This document shows, piece by piece, positions 29,131 to 39,673 of a stretch of 64,000 nucleotides of DNA. The first letter of the stretch is position 1, and every line of letters begins with the position of its first letter. This DNA is from Candidatus Nezhaarchaeales archaeon (lineage in GTDB: Archaea > Thermoproteota > Methanomethylicia > Nezhaarchaeales > JAWCJE01). The stretch lies in contig JAWCJE010000001.1 in the NCBI GenBank assembly GCA_038853715.1, positions 117,963 to 181,962 on the forward strand. The letters run 5' to 3'. Under the pieces are notes generated by a model. It was not told the DNA's origin, searched no databases, and saw only the letters and a program-made list of their open reading frames with translations. Made by a program: the position numbers and the translations under genes.

Positions 29131-29769
29131 AGGACAGTAGCTTTTAACTGGGCATTCTAAACATAACGGCTTCCTAGCCTTACAGTAAGCCCTCCCTAAA
29201 GCTATTAGGAGTAAGTGCAAATCCAGGTAGTCCTTAGGTTCGTAGAGTTTTTGAAGGCTTAAACGGACCTCTTCATAGCCTGCGTCCTTAGGAGCTAGTC
29301 CTAAACGTTTTGAAACCCTATTAACGTGCGTATCGACGGGGATGGTCGGCTTATCGGAGCAGAAAGTGAGTAGGACGTCGGCAGTTTTAGGTCCAACCCC
29401 GGGTAGCTTCATTAACTCGTCTCTAGCCTGTTCTAAGGGTAGCTCGAGGACCTTATTTAAATCTCCGTTAAAACGTTTCAATATCTCTTCGGCTAGCCTC
29501 TTAAGGGTCTTGGACTTGTTCCTGAAGAGGCCTGCTACCTTTATTGCGTCGGCTATACGTTGCTCCGAGGTTGAAGCTAAGGATTGCGGTGTTGTTAACC
29601 CCTCCTTCTTTAAGCGTTGGTAAGCTTTAACGGTGTTTTTATCGTTAGTATGCTGGCTTATCACCGTTATAATTAATACTTGGAAGGGGTCTTTAGGGAT
29701 GGATAGCTCCGGCTTATTAAAACGCTTCTTTAAGGCAGTGTAGATTGCTAACGCGCGGCTATCGGTCAA
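29119..29769 (-). CDS. nth: Endonuclease III (HhH-GPD, Fe-S).
   Basis: 'LPGVGPKTADVLL', catalytic 'VDTHVNRV', and the C-terminal 'CKARKPLCLECPVKSYC' cluster loop. Confidence 0.85.
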   Translation of the reverse strand: MTDSRALAIYTALKKRFNKPELSIPKDPFQVLIITVISQHTNDKNTVKAYQRLKKEGLTTPQSLASTSEQRIADAIKVAGLFRNKSKTLKRLAEEILKRFNGDLNKVLELPLEQARDELMKLPGVGPKTADVLLTFCSDKPTIPVDTHVNRVSKRLGLAPKDAGYEEVRLSLQKLYEPKDYLDLHLLLIALGRAYCKARKPLCLECPVKSYCPSAS

Positions 29770-29779
29770 CGCGCATCAC

Positions 29780-30733
29780 TTATAAGCCTAGCCTTTCATA
29801 GAGGCTGGCTACGATTATTGGGAATATGATTGTTGCGTCGCCTTCGACTGTTACCTGTCTAGCTTTACCCTTAATCTTGCCCCACGATATCGCTTCCCTA
29901 GTTCTAGCTCCTGATAGGCTACCGTCGTACTCGGTAGCGGTGGTTATGTAGACGGCGTAATCAAGCCCTCCTTTAAACTGGCTAAACCATAGGGTATGAT
30001 GCTTTGAGATGCCGCCACCGAGGATAAGGGCTCCGATCCTCTTAGAATCGTAAACTATGTTTAGTAGCTCTTTCTCATCCTTGATTAGGTCCAGTTCGAG
30101 CTTACTGAACTGGGAGTGTATGGTTAGCTGTGTTCCGAAGGCGGAGTCGAGTAAGCCGGGTGAATAGATGGGTACGCCTTTTTTAGCCGCTTGGCGTAGA
30201 ATCGAGCCTTCATCGGTGAGCCTACGCCCAAACTCTTCAGCCAGCTCCCTACATGAATACTTTAATTTAACCTTGCATAGTTCATCTAGTACTGGTTTTA
30301 CGCCCTTCTCTATGAGGGGGCCGTAGCTATCCACGGGTATGAAGATGTTGCCGAGCCTCTGAATACGAAGCTTATGTAGCTCTACGTCGTCGACGTGGAA
30401 TGACCCATGGTAGTAGGCGCCACCCAAAGCTCTAGCTAGGTCGTGGTCGAAGGTTCCTCCGGTCGTTATAACGACGTCAACTAATCCCTTACCGATCATA
30501 TCGGCTATTAAGCCTCTTACCCCGGTAGCTACTATGCAGGCTGGGAAGGCTAAGAAGAACGTACATTCTTCATCCCTAACGGTCGCCTCTACTATGTCCA
30601 CGGCATCAGCTAAATGCTTAGCGCTAAACCCTCCTGCTTTAGCGAGTTGAAGGATGAGTTGGTTAACGGTCATACCCTTATGAACGGAGATATCTTCAAC
30701 CCTTAAGGTTAGTAGGGATCCTTCCCCAACCAT
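29780..30733 (-). CDS. dys: Deoxyhypusine synthase.
   Basis: 317 aa with DHS-family conserved regions ('GGTFDHDLARALGG', 'ILGGGISKHH'). Confidence 0.75.
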   Translation of the reverse strand: MVGEGSLLTLRVEDISVHKGMTVNQLILQLAKAGGFSAKHLADAVDIVEATVRDEECTFFLAFPACIVATGVRGLIADMIGKGLVDVVITTGGTFDHDLARALGGAYYHGSFHVDDVELHKLRIQRLGNIFIPVDSYGPLIEKGVKPVLDELCKVKLKYSCRELAEEFGRRLTDEGSILRQAAKKGVPIYSPGLLDSAFGTQLTIHSQFSKLELDLIKDEKELLNIVYDSKRIGALILGGGISKHHTLWFSQFKGGLDYAVYITTATEYDGSLSGARTREAISWGKIKGKARQVTVEGDATIIFPIIVASLYERLGL

Positions 30734-30737
30734 TCAG

Positions 30738-31124
30738 CTACACCTTCATCCAAGCTTCATAAGCGTCCGCTAAACGGCGAAGGGCTCGTGCAAACTCCCT
30801 ACTAACGACGTATAAGCCCCTCTCACTATCGAGGCTTAGTAGCCCCATGGGGATGAGGAACTCCCTTAAGACCTTGTAGGCCGTACTACGCCTATTCTTC
30901 CCAAAGCTCCTATTAATGAAGCTTGAAAGCTCGCTTCTACTTACTGATAGTTCGCTTCTACCGTTTTCAATAGATACGTCCTTAATCCATGTTAGAACCT
31001 CGAGGGCGATCTCGCGGTACGAGGCCGACGAGGAGAAGACGATATCGATTATGTCGCGGATGCTCATCCTACTTTTAACTTTTGCTACTGGTAGGTACAT
31101 ATAACCCGTTGAACGCTTATTCAA
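30738..31124 (-). CDS. Hypothetical small protein.
   Basis: 128-aa ORF directly downstream of dys on the same strand. No motif recognised. Confidence 0.35.
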   Translation of the reverse strand: MNKRSTGYMYLPVAKVKSRMSIRDIIDIVFSSSASYREIALEVLTWIKDVSIENGRSELSVSRSELSSFINRSFGKNRRSTAYKVLREFLIPMGLLSLDSERGLYVVSREFARALRRLADAYEAWMKV

Positions 31125-31205
31125 TCATAACCCCGTTAACGCTAAAAGCTATAGCCTTATTTAACCTTAAACAGCTTAACGGAGCCTCTACATAGCCTAG
31201 TAGGC

Positions 31206-31655
31206 TTGGTGGAAGTTTTGATCCCTGATCTTGACGTCTTGGTGATTAGGAAGGAGCACGTTAAAGCCTTGGTTAAGGAGGCGTTAAGGGATTTAACCGT
31301 TGAGGCGTGCGGCCTTTTAATCGGTAGAGTTGAAGGTGGGAGGGTTATGGTGGAGGAGGTGTTAATCGGTGAGAACGTAAAGCGTTCATCGACTAGGTTT
31401 GAGGTTGACCCCGGCCTTGTATATCGAGCTATAATTCAAGCCGAAGCTAGAGGCCTTGAACTAGTGGGGGTTTTCCATTCGCATCCAGCTCCCCCAATTC
31501 CTTCGCAGGTAGACGTTGAAGGTATGCGGCTTTGGCCTATTGCTTGGCTTATTGTAAGCACGTTGGATGGGAGTTACGCGGCCTATACGCTTAAAAACGG
31601 TGAAGTAAAACCTTTGAGGTTAGAGGCCGCTGATGAAGCTTTTTTCAACCCTTAA
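31206..31655 (+). CDS. JAMM/MPN+ metalloprotease (desampylase/deubiquitinase-like).
   Basis: 'EACGLLIG' and the JAMM motif 'HSHPAPPIPSQVD' (HxHx7Sx2D). Confidence 0.75.
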   Translation: MVEVLIPDLDVLVIRKEHVKALVKEALRDLTVEACGLLIGRVEGGRVMVEEVLIGENVKRSSTRFEVDPGLVYRAIIQAEARGLELVGVFHSHPAPPIPSQVDVEGMRLWPIAWLIVSTLDGSYAAYTLKNGEVKPLRLEAADEAFFNP

Positions 31656-32132
31656 TACTTCATGGCTACCTTTAGCCTTTGAGTAGGCTTCAAGTAGCTC
31701 CTTGTTAAGCTTTAGGAAGGTATCTCCCCATTTAAATATTGAAATCGTTTTAAGGGCTTCCTCCTTAAAGCCTGTGATGTAGAGGGCTGCGGCTAAGGCT
31801 TCAACTGTTGAAAGCTTACCGGGTTCACCGTAATTAACTGGGTTACCGGCTACTAGGTAGGGGAGGCGGCGTTTAACGCCGCGAATCCTCCTTTTAAATA
31901 CCTCCTCAGCCTGGGACCAGGAGCAGTCAACGGCTAGTAGGCCTCGAGCCTTAACGAGGCCTTCATCCTCGGGTGATAAAACCTTTAAAGCGAAGGGGTT
32001 AAGCACTACTAAACCCCTGGGTATCTGAGATAGCCTATATACGGGTTCAGCTAAGCCAAACCTCTTAAGCTTAAGCCCTGAACACTTACCGGGGTCGCAT
32101 TGATCTAGAAGGTATACGACGAGGCGGATCAA
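31620..32132 (-). CDS. Tsr3-family 16S/18S rRNA aminocarboxypropyltransferase.
   Basis: 170 aa with 'CDPGKCSGLKL' and the 'AVDCSWSQ' motif. Confidence 0.65.
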   Translation of the reverse strand: MIRLVVYLLDQCDPGKCSGLKLKRFGLAEPVYRLSQIPRGLVVLNPFALKVLSPEDEGLVKARGLLAVDCSWSQAEEVFKRRIRGVKRRLPYLVAGNPVNYGEPGKLSTVEALAAALYITGFKEEALKTISIFKWGDTFLKLNKELLEAYSKAKGSHEVLRVEKSFISGL

Positions 32133-32303
32133 GCGTTAAACCCTTCCTTAATGCTTCTCCCCATGCTATTTAAAGAGGCCTGTAAATAATTGTTTAATAG
32201 GCTTGCTTATTGAAAAGTTAAACCTATACCCCGGCTATGAGGGGGAGGGAAAAACTTAAAACCGCTCTCCTCCACTTCTCCTTCCGGAGGCATAAGAGGG
32301 GAG

Positions 32304-32855
32304 TTGAATACTAACTGTCCCCATGGGATTTTTCTACCTAAGTACTTCTTCGTCACTAGCGGTAAAGCCGTAAGCTCCGAGTCCCCGTTAAACGCCTTCG
32401 ACCTAGCCTTAATGGATGCGAAGATTGATCAATGCAACATAGTCTCCGTTTCCTCCATAATACCGCCTGACGCTAAACAGATAGACCCTATAAATATAAC
32501 TCCTGGCACCATAGTGTTCGCGGTTCTAGCTAGAATGGATGGAGCGAGTGGTGAAACCATAGGTGCAGGTATAGCTTGGGCGTGGGGTACTAGGAATGGG
32601 GTGGATAAGTACGGCGTAGTAGCTGAAGCCCACGGCTATAAGGATAAGCAAGCACTTGAAAAGGAGTTAAAGGCTAAAATACAGATGATGGGTAAAATAA
32701 GGAGGTTATCGTTCACTGACATATACACTAAGGTTGAAAGCATTGATACTATACCTAAGGGTAAGTATGGATGCGTAGTTAGCGCCTTCGTCTACGTACC
32801 TTGGAGCGAGAAGGAAGGCGGTAGGAACGTAAACCCTACAAGTATCAAGCAGTAA
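32304..32855 (+). CDS. pdaD: Pyruvoyl-dependent arginine decarboxylase.
   Basis: 'KYFFVTSGKAVSSESPLNAFDLAL', with the Ser-Ser self-cleavage site context. Confidence 0.8.
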   Translation: MNTNCPHGIFLPKYFFVTSGKAVSSESPLNAFDLALMDAKIDQCNIVSVSSIIPPDAKQIDPINITPGTIVFAVLARMDGASGETIGAGIAWAWGTRNGVDKYGVVAEAHGYKDKQALEKELKAKIQMMGKIRRLSFTDIYTKVESIDTIPKGKYGCVVSAFVYVPWSEKEGGRNVNPTSIKQ

Positions 32856-32953
32856 GCCTAGAGGAGGCTAAGAGTTAAATCTTTTAGTTAGGTATTACTA
32901 CTTTTAACGCCATTTAACCCAACTACTACCTTAACCTCTTCAACGTTTAACAG

Positions 32954-33026
32954 TGAGTCTATTGCAAAACTCTATTACTTAAGTTGATCGGTCAAGTATT
33001 TACTAAGAGTTTTGCAATGAGTTCAG
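32954..33026. repeat. Inverted-repeat element copy A (13-bp perfect arms 'attgcaaaactct'/'agagttttgcaat', about 35-bp spacer). This is a diverged member of the family also seen at 42071-42157 and 57627-57725.
   Basis: Arms were read directly from the sequence. The spacer 'cggtcaagtatttact' resembles the spacers of the other two copies ('cggtcaattagttatt', 'gtcaattgattatc'), and the right arm shares 'GAGTTTT..A..GAGTTC' with them. Confidence 0.5.
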
Positions 33027-33751
33027 TATTAAGCAATTGGAGCAGCGCGTACCGTACTTGTTAGGTTGCCGCTGATGATCTATATCTAGGCGTATAAGTT
33101 ACCAGGACTTCGGCGTAACGGAAAACATTCTCATCGGGTATATTGGGACGTACCTGTTTAGAGGGCTCCTAAAAGCCCATAATCTACTTCAGTTTCAGTA
33201 GGTTGAACTACTAATATGTAAAGAAAAAATAGAGGATAGGTTTTGAATGTTTTACCAGATCACGTTAAAGTTGCATGGACATACTTGAACTTCGCGGGGT
33301 AGTTTTAAGCCGCACCTACTGCATACTATCCATTCCGCGCTAGTCTTATCGGATCCCTTTAATGAAGGGTGAGGCGTAGAAGGCTTTGGCTGTGAAGAAT
33401 CTTTCTGGTTAACGTTTACTGGTGAAAACGTGGCACGCTCCTTGGTAAACCCCTACCCTCCGCACCGAAATACCTCCGGGGGTCTAGGCTTCCCAAGATA
33501 CATATAAACCTTTTCGCGTTGATCCGGGTACTATCAAGTTCTTTCAGGGTTTAAATATTAACCTTAAGCATCTCCAGATATAAGATAAAAACTTAATAGT
33601 ATCTCGATCAGCGTTAAGGGATACCTTTTGGATTACTTAGTTGTGCTTCGCGAGGCTTTACCGTGATTATGAGGTGTTAACGCCACTTGAAGTATTAAAC
33701 GTATACGTGGCTTAAGCTGGATTAGACGTTTATGCACTTTAACTTAAGGCT

Positions 33752-35494
33752 TTAGAGGGCGCTGGTTGGAGCCTTGAACTCGATGTCGTATAGCTCGCGG
33801 ACCTTATCGATCGTATCGGCTTCAAAGGGGCCTTTATCCTCCCTAACTCTAAGGATACGTGGGAATCTTAAAGCGTAACCAGCCCTATAGTGAGGGCTTC
33901 TCTGTACTTCTGCGAAGCCGACTTCGACAACGACTTCAGGTTTAACTATTAGGGTACGTCCGTACTTAGCTATGCTTAAAGCTTTAAGCCTCTCGGTCAT
34001 GTAGATGATTTCGTCATCCCTTAAGCCTGTGAAACACTTACCGACGGGTTCAAAGGCCCCGGTTCGAGGGTTGTAAGCAGCTAGTGTGTAGTTACTTAAC
34101 CACTTATAGCGGTAACCGTAACCGTACTCGGCGGCTACTATGACTAGGTCTAGGGTTAGGGGGGTTGCTTTAACCTTAAGCCACCTCCTACCTCGAACCC
34201 CGGGTGTATAAGGTGATTGAAGGCTTTTAGCCATAACCCCTTCACAGCCTATGCTTAAGGCCTCCTTAAAGAAGGCTTCAGCCTCCTTAACGTTCCCGGT
34301 GATTAACCGCTTAACGAGCGGTATATCGCCGGCCACTTGTTCAAGGAGGTCCCTACGCTTCACGTAGGGTTCGTCGATGAGCTCTTTACCGTTCATGTAG
34401 AGGACGTCGAAGAGGTAAAGCTTAACTGGTAGTTCCTTAACCATCTCTTGAATATCCTTAACCCTTCTAAACCTCCTCATAACGTACTGGAAGGGCCTTA
34501 ACCTACCGTCGACGCCTAGAGCAACTACCTCCCCTTCAACTATGCATGATTCGGCGTTTAACTCGTTAAGCGTGAGGCTAACTACCTCGGGTATGGACGT
34601 GGTTATATCCTTCAGGTGCCTACTATATATTCTGATTTCTCCGCCGCGTTTATGAAGCTGAACCCTTGCACCATCAAGTTTATACTCGAGGGCGGTGGTG
34701 TAGCCATGCTCCTTAAGGGCTTCGGTGATGCTTCCGACGTTTTCGGCTAGCATCGGTTTTAAGGGATGAAACACTGTTATGCTAAGGCTTCTTAAACCGT
34801 TAACGCCGTATTTCATGGAGGTTTTAGCTACTAACCCTATGTCGCTCGTAATCATGTTAGCCCTTCTAACGTCCTCCAGCGGAACATTAAAGGCTCTAGT
34901 TAAGGCCTCTTCTAGTAGGTTTTCCCCAAAGCCGTACCTCCTCTCCTTAACGATGAGTTTGGCAGCATACTTAGCCTCAAGGGGTGTTAAACGGCTGAAT
35001 AGGGCCTCCAACAACCTTTCCTTAACCCTCCTAGAGTAGAGGCCTTTAGCTTCAGCCATCTTAACTAGGAAGCCGTAAACGTCGGTAACGGTTAATGCTT
35101 CACTGCTCGGGGTTAACGTGTATTGTTTTACGGGCTTCTTAGCCTTGAAGAGCCCCATTAACGTGTTTCCTAAATCTCCCGTTTCGTTAAAGGCTTTAAG
35201 GAAGTCCTCGTCGCCTATCTTAAGCAGACGTTTAACCACCTTTAACAGTGTTAAAGTGCTAATATCGAGTTCCCGTTGATCCCAAGCTGGAAATACTTCG
35301 CCGATCACCATAAGCGCCGCTATAGGCAGCGAAGCCTCATCGAGCCTCCTAAGGTAGTCAGCCGCCAAGTTCACCATAACCGTCCTACTTTCAGTTCTCT
35401 CAATACGCTCGCAGAGGTTACAGAGCTCCATAAAGCTCGACAAGCGTATCACGCTTAAACTAAGGGATCTGATTATAGGAATCGTGGGGGCCAT
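33752..35494 (-). CDS. lig: ATP-dependent DNA ligase.
   Basis: 580 aa with the adenylation motif I 'EYKLDGARVQLH' (KxDG) and conserved downstream ligase and OB-fold regions. Confidence 0.9.
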   Translation of the reverse strand: MAPTIPIIRSLSLSVIRLSSFMELCNLCERIERTESRTVMVNLAADYLRRLDEASLPIAALMVIGEVFPAWDQRELDISTLTLLKVVKRLLKIGDEDFLKAFNETGDLGNTLMGLFKAKKPVKQYTLTPSSEALTVTDVYGFLVKMAEAKGLYSRRVKERLLEALFSRLTPLEAKYAAKLIVKERRYGFGENLLEEALTRAFNVPLEDVRRANMITSDIGLVAKTSMKYGVNGLRSLSITVFHPLKPMLAENVGSITEALKEHGYTTALEYKLDGARVQLHKRGGEIRIYSRHLKDITTSIPEVVSLTLNELNAESCIVEGEVVALGVDGRLRPFQYVMRRFRRVKDIQEMVKELPVKLYLFDVLYMNGKELIDEPYVKRRDLLEQVAGDIPLVKRLITGNVKEAEAFFKEALSIGCEGVMAKSLQSPYTPGVRGRRWLKVKATPLTLDLVIVAAEYGYGYRYKWLSNYTLAAYNPRTGAFEPVGKCFTGLRDDEIIYMTERLKALSIAKYGRTLIVKPEVVVEVGFAEVQRSPHYRAGYALRFPRILRVREDKGPFEADTIDKVRELYDIEFKAPTSAL

Positions 35495-35511
35495 TTTAAG
35501 GCTTAAACAGC

Positions 35512-35536
35512 CTTACATTTTTAAAATAAAAGCCAG
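35512..35536 (-). promoter_or_regulatory. Putative TATA/BRE promoter of lig (short or leaderless 5' UTR).
   Basis: 'cttttattttaaaaatg' on the minus strand, 20-40 nt upstream of the lig ATG. It lies in an AT-rich divergent intergenic region shared with pgk. Confidence 0.35.
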
Positions 35537-35697
35537 TGGAATCCCTTAGTATTCTTTCAATGTTTTAATAAATCTCTTTTAATGCTTTAATAATCTTTAG
35601 GCGAGCTTAATCAGGAAGGGTGATTCCGCAGGTTAAGCAACCTTTATTACTTACTTTTCCTTTTTGATCGTGGGCTAGGTTCGAGGCGGCTTGGCCT

Positions 35698-36936
35698 ATG
35701 TCCAAGCTGGATTTTTTAACGATGGATGATTACGACTTTACCGGTAAGAGGGTGCTTTTAAGGGTTGACATGAACATACCGGTGGATAAAGCTACGGGGC
35801 GGCTTAAGGAGACTGCGAAGATATATGAGCATGCTAAAACGATTTTGGAGTTAGTTAGGAAGAAGGCTAAGGTGGTTGTCTTAACACATCAAGGTAGACC
35901 GGGTGAATCCGACTTTATACCGCTTGATCAGCACGTTGAAGTTTTAAGCTCGATAATAAGCCGCGTGAAGTACGTTAAGGACTTAATGGGCGAGGAGGCT
36001 GAAAGGTCCATAAAGGAATTGAAAAATGGAGAAGTCTTAGTCCTTGAAAACGTGAGGACGTGGCCGGAGGAGCTTAAGGAGCAACCTCCCGAAGAGCTTG
36101 CTAAGTCTAAGCTGGTTCAGAAGCTAGCCCCCCTCTTCGACGTCTTCGTTAACGATGCCTTCGGCGCCGCCCATAGAAGTCAAGCGTCCTTAGTGGGGTT
36201 CGCCGAAGTATTACCCACCGTCGCTGGGAGGCTTATGGAGTGGGAGCTTAAAATGCTGGTTAAAGCCGCTTCTAAACCTGAGAGGCCCTCAATATACATA
36301 CTTGGAGGGGTTAAAGCGGAAGACGCCGTAGAGGTATGTGAAGGCGTACTATCCAGGGGGGTAGCGGATAAGGTTTTAACGGGCGGCTTAATAGCCTCCA
36401 TATTCCTAACGGCTAAAGGATATAGGCTTGGAGAGCCTAATGAGCAATTGATTGAGAAGAAGGGCTTTAAAAGCATGGTTCCCGATGCACAAAAGCTACT
36501 CTCTAGGTTTGAAGGAAGGATCGTAACACCGGTGGACGTAGCCGTTGAAAAGCCTCGAGGTAAACGTAGCGAGGTTAAGGTAGGCGACCTACCCGTGGAC
36601 GCCCTAATAAAGGATGTAGGAGCTGATACGATAAACCTCTATAAGGAGGAATTAAAGGACGCTAAAACCGTGGTGTTTAGCGGCCCCCTAGGGGTTTTCG
36701 AGGAGCCCTTATTTATGAGGGGGACAGAGGAAATACTTAAAGCTATGGCTAACTCCAAAGCCTTCACTATGATAGGGGGAGGACACACCGTAGCCGCGGC
36801 TAAGCAGGTAGGCGTTATAGATAGTATAAGCTACACTTCAACGGGTGGTGGAGCGTTAACAGCCTACTTAACGGGGAAGGAGCTACCAGTAGTAACCGCG
36901 CTTAGAAAAGCCGCTCTAAGAAGACGGACTGGCTAA
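35698..36936 (+). CDS. pgk: Phosphoglycerate kinase.
   Basis: 412 aa with the N-terminal 'RVDMNIPV', 'GGGA' and the C-terminal 'GGGHTVAAA' PGK motifs. Confidence 0.9.
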   Translation: MSKLDFLTMDDYDFTGKRVLLRVDMNIPVDKATGRLKETAKIYEHAKTILELVRKKAKVVVLTHQGRPGESDFIPLDQHVEVLSSIISRVKYVKDLMGEEAERSIKELKNGEVLVLENVRTWPEELKEQPPEELAKSKLVQKLAPLFDVFVNDAFGAAHRSQASLVGFAEVLPTVAGRLMEWELKMLVKAASKPERPSIYILGGVKAEDAVEVCEGVLSRGVADKVLTGGLIASIFLTAKGYRLGEPNEQLIEKKGFKSMVPDAQKLLSRFEGRIVTPVDVAVEKPRGKRSEVKVGDLPVDALIKDVGADTINLYKEELKDAKTVVFSGPLGVFEEPLFMRGTEEILKAMANSKAFTMIGGGHTVAAAKQVGVIDSISYTSTGGGALTAYLTGKELPVVTALRKAALRRRTG

Positions 36937-37056
36937 ACGTTACATACCACCTTTTTAATCTTTTTCATGGTAGATCGTCCGGCTGATCGTTGACATTATG
37001 GGCGTTAAAGCCGGCTTTAAGTGGTAAGACTTAATTGGAGTTGCCCTACTTAGTAG

Positions 37057-38103
37057 GTGGTGTTTGATACGCCTAAGCCTATGGTTAAGGTATGTGTTAA
37101 CGGTTACGGCGTTATAGGTAAAAGGTGTGTTAGCGCCATCCTTAAGCAGAACGATATGAAGCTTGTTGGCATTAGCGATGTATCTGCTGATTGGCGTATT
37201 AAAATGGCGGTTAGGAAGGGGATACCTATCTACGCGGCCATTCCAGAAAGGGTGGAGGAGATGAAGAAGGCCGGAGTGGAGGTGGCTGGATCCTTAGAGG
37301 ATCTACTTAAGCAGGTCGACGTGGTTATTGATTGCACTCCAGCTAAGGTTGGAGCGCGTAATAAGGAGCTCTACGTTAAGTTGGGGGTTAAGGGGATATT
37401 TCAAGGCGGGGAGAAGCATGAGGTTGCGGGGACAAGCTTCGTAGCTCAATGTAACTACGAAGAATCCTTGGGGAAGGCCTTTACTAGGGTGGTGTCCTGT
37501 AATACGACGGCGCTTTGTAGGGTTTTAGGTGCCATCCATAAGCGGTATGGGGTTAGGAAGGTACGCGTCGTTATAGTTAGGCGCGCCGTGGATGTATGGG
37601 AAAGTGGACGCACTGGGATCATGAACACCGTGGTACCCGAAATAGGCGTGAGCCATCACGCCCCGGACGTAAAGACTGTAATTCATGACCTCGACATAGT
37701 AAGCATGGCCGCTAAAGGGGCCCATAACTTATTCCATCTACACTTCGCCATACTTGAACCGAAGGTTAAATTATCCAAGGATGAAGTGATTACTGCTCTA
37801 CGTGAAGAGCCGCGCATAGCATTAGTTAGAGGGGCTGACGGGGTCGACGGTCTCCACTCGATATTCGAAATAGGCCGCGATACCGAAAGGCCGCGAGGCG
37901 ATATATATGAGATACCGGTGTGGGAGGACGGAGTAATGGTGATCGGTGAAGAAGTATACTTAATGTGGGCAACCCCGAACGAGAGTAACGTAGTACCTGA
38001 GAACGTTGACGCGGTACGCGCGTTAACCGAAACAACCTTAGATTGGCGTGAATCCGTAGCTCAAACGGATGAGGCGTTAGGCATAACGAAAAACCTCTAC
38101 TAA
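37057..38103 (+). CDS. gap: Glyceraldehyde-3-phosphate dehydrogenase, archaeal type II.
   Basis: 'KVCVNGYGVIGKR' Rossmann motif and the catalytic 'SCNTTAL'. The true start is probably the internal ATG at 37081. Confidence 0.9.
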   Translation: MVFDTPKPMVKVCVNGYGVIGKRCVSAILKQNDMKLVGISDVSADWRIKMAVRKGIPIYAAIPERVEEMKKAGVEVAGSLEDLLKQVDVVIDCTPAKVGARNKELYVKLGVKGIFQGGEKHEVAGTSFVAQCNYEESLGKAFTRVVSCNTTALCRVLGAIHKRYGVRKVRVVIVRRAVDVWESGRTGIMNTVVPEIGVSHHAPDVKTVIHDLDIVSMAAKGAHNLFHLHFAILEPKVKLSKDEVITALREEPRIALVRGADGVDGLHSIFEIGRDTERPRGDIYEIPVWEDGVMVIGEEVYLMWATPNESNVVPENVDAVRALTETTLDWRESVAQTDEALGITKNLY

Positions 38104-38104
38104 C

Positions 38105-38854
38105 CTACCTTCCATTTTTGTTTAAACCATTAAAAGCCTTAGCTGCGGCTTCCAATACTTCTAACGCTTCAGCCTTAGAAGTTACGCCGACCGCTACGGA
38201 TTCCACGAACTTCACCTTAGCTATAAAGTTGAAGGCTTCAAGAGGCCTTATAACGCCGGCTCCGAGCACCTTCTTAGCTATCACCGGTTTTCCGAGCCTC
38301 TCAATCAACGGTATTACGTTTTGAGGTGGAGCATCCATAAATATGCCCTTACTATTCAAGGTTAGCATTACAAAGTCGTAGTCGAACGGAAAAGCCTTTG
38401 AAAGTAGGCGTTTAAGCGTAGTGTAAGGCTTATGTGTTGCTAGCCCCGCTAACATACCGCGCTCCTTAACCTCCTTAAGGAGGCGTTTTACGACGTCAAT
38501 TCTAGCCTGATCGGTAAGTGAAGCGTGAAGGACCGCCGCTTTACTGTTAACGTCCTCTAAAGCCTTAATATCATCGTTTAGGTTGCCTACGCCTACGGAT
38601 CCAACGATGGTAAAGCTAAAACCCCTACGCTTAACCTCCTTAACCGCTTCAATCAATGGCTTGAAGGGTAAAAGCTGCAACCCTTCAAAGCCGATCTTAG
38701 CGCATTCCTCGAGTAAGGCTACAATGTTGCCCGGGTTTAAGTAGAAGTACGCGTAGTATTCGTAGGCTTTCCACCCGAACTGGCCAGCCCCTATGAATGG
38801 TGAGCTACCTACCAGCAGTCTAGGGAGGTTTAAGGTCAACTTTAAGCGCTCCAA
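38105..38854 (-). CDS. Hypothetical protein (possibly TIM-barrel-like), in an operon with surE and an amino-acid-kinase-family gene.
   Basis: 249-aa ORF with a 2-nt gap to surE. No confident motif. Confidence 0.4.
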   Translation of the reverse strand: MERLKLTLNLPRLLVGSSPFIGAGQFGWKAYEYYAYFYLNPGNIVALLEECAKIGFEGLQLLPFKPLIEAVKEVKRRGFSFTIVGSVGVGNLNDDIKALEDVNSKAAVLHASLTDQARIDVVKRLLKEVKERGMLAGLATHKPYTTLKRLLSKAFPFDYDFVMLTLNSKGIFMDAPPQNVIPLIERLGKPVIAKKVLGAGVIRPLEAFNFIAKVKFVESVAVGVTSKAEALEVLEAAAKAFNGLNKNGR

Positions 38855-38855
38855 G

Positions 38856-39656
38856 CTAAAGCTGTCCTACACCCTTAAGGAGGATGTTAAGGTTAAGCCT
38901 TGAGGATGGGAACAAGGCTTTAAGGGGGGTTATCGTTAAGAAGCCTTGTTTAAGCGCACCCACATCAGTATTAATCCTATCATCGGGGTAGACGCTTAAA
39001 TCCCATCCCCTTACATAGAAGCTTCCACCGTTCTCCTCTACGTGTATATCTTCACGAGCCTTACGGGAGGGTGTGGTTACCTTAACCCCAATCCAACCCC
39101 CAGGCGGTACGTTTACTGATAGTAAGTCTACCCCTTTAGGCATACCGTTAACTAGTACGGCTTTAGCTATCCTCCTCAAGGCCTCCATGGATGGCTTTAA
39201 CTCTTTAATGCTTACCTTTAACCCACGTTTTAATGGATCCCTGCTTAACGCGTAGGATAACGCTACCGACTTAACGCCGTGAAGCGCGGCTTCTAAAGCG
39301 GCTCCAACCGTAGCTGAGTCTAAGAGGTCCTCCATTCCAACGTTAGGCCCTAGGTTTATCCCTGAAACCAGTAAATCTGGTTTACCCTTTAATATCTTGA
39401 AGAGCGCTATTAACACGGCGTCGGCCGGCGTCCCATTAACCACGTAGGCTTTAGAGCCGTCAGCCAGCTTAACTTCGTTCACATGTAAACGCTTAGATAA
39501 CGTTAACGCTTTACCCATACCACTATACTCCTTATCCGGGGCGACTACTACTACGTTGCCTAAGCCTTCCAATGCTTTTTTAGCCGCCAATAGCCCTATG
39601 GAGCTAAAACCGTCATCATTGGTCAGTAGGATAACAGGCATGGTTAAACTCTCCAC
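38856..39656 (-). CDS. surE: 5'/3'-nucleotidase SurE.
   Basis: N-terminal 'ILLTNDDGFSSIGL' and the conserved 'GTPADAV' region. Confidence 0.85.
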   Translation of the reverse strand: MESLTMPVILLTNDDGFSSIGLLAAKKALEGLGNVVVVAPDKEYSGMGKALTLSKRLHVNEVKLADGSKAYVVNGTPADAVLIALFKILKGKPDLLVSGINLGPNVGMEDLLDSATVGAALEAALHGVKSVALSYALSRDPLKRGLKVSIKELKPSMEALRRIAKAVLVNGMPKGVDLLSVNVPPGGWIGVKVTTPSRKAREDIHVEENGGSFYVRGWDLSVYPDDRINTDVGALKQGFLTITPLKALFPSSRLNLNILLKGVGQL

Positions 39657-39673
39657 TCGGCTACTTGAAGCCT

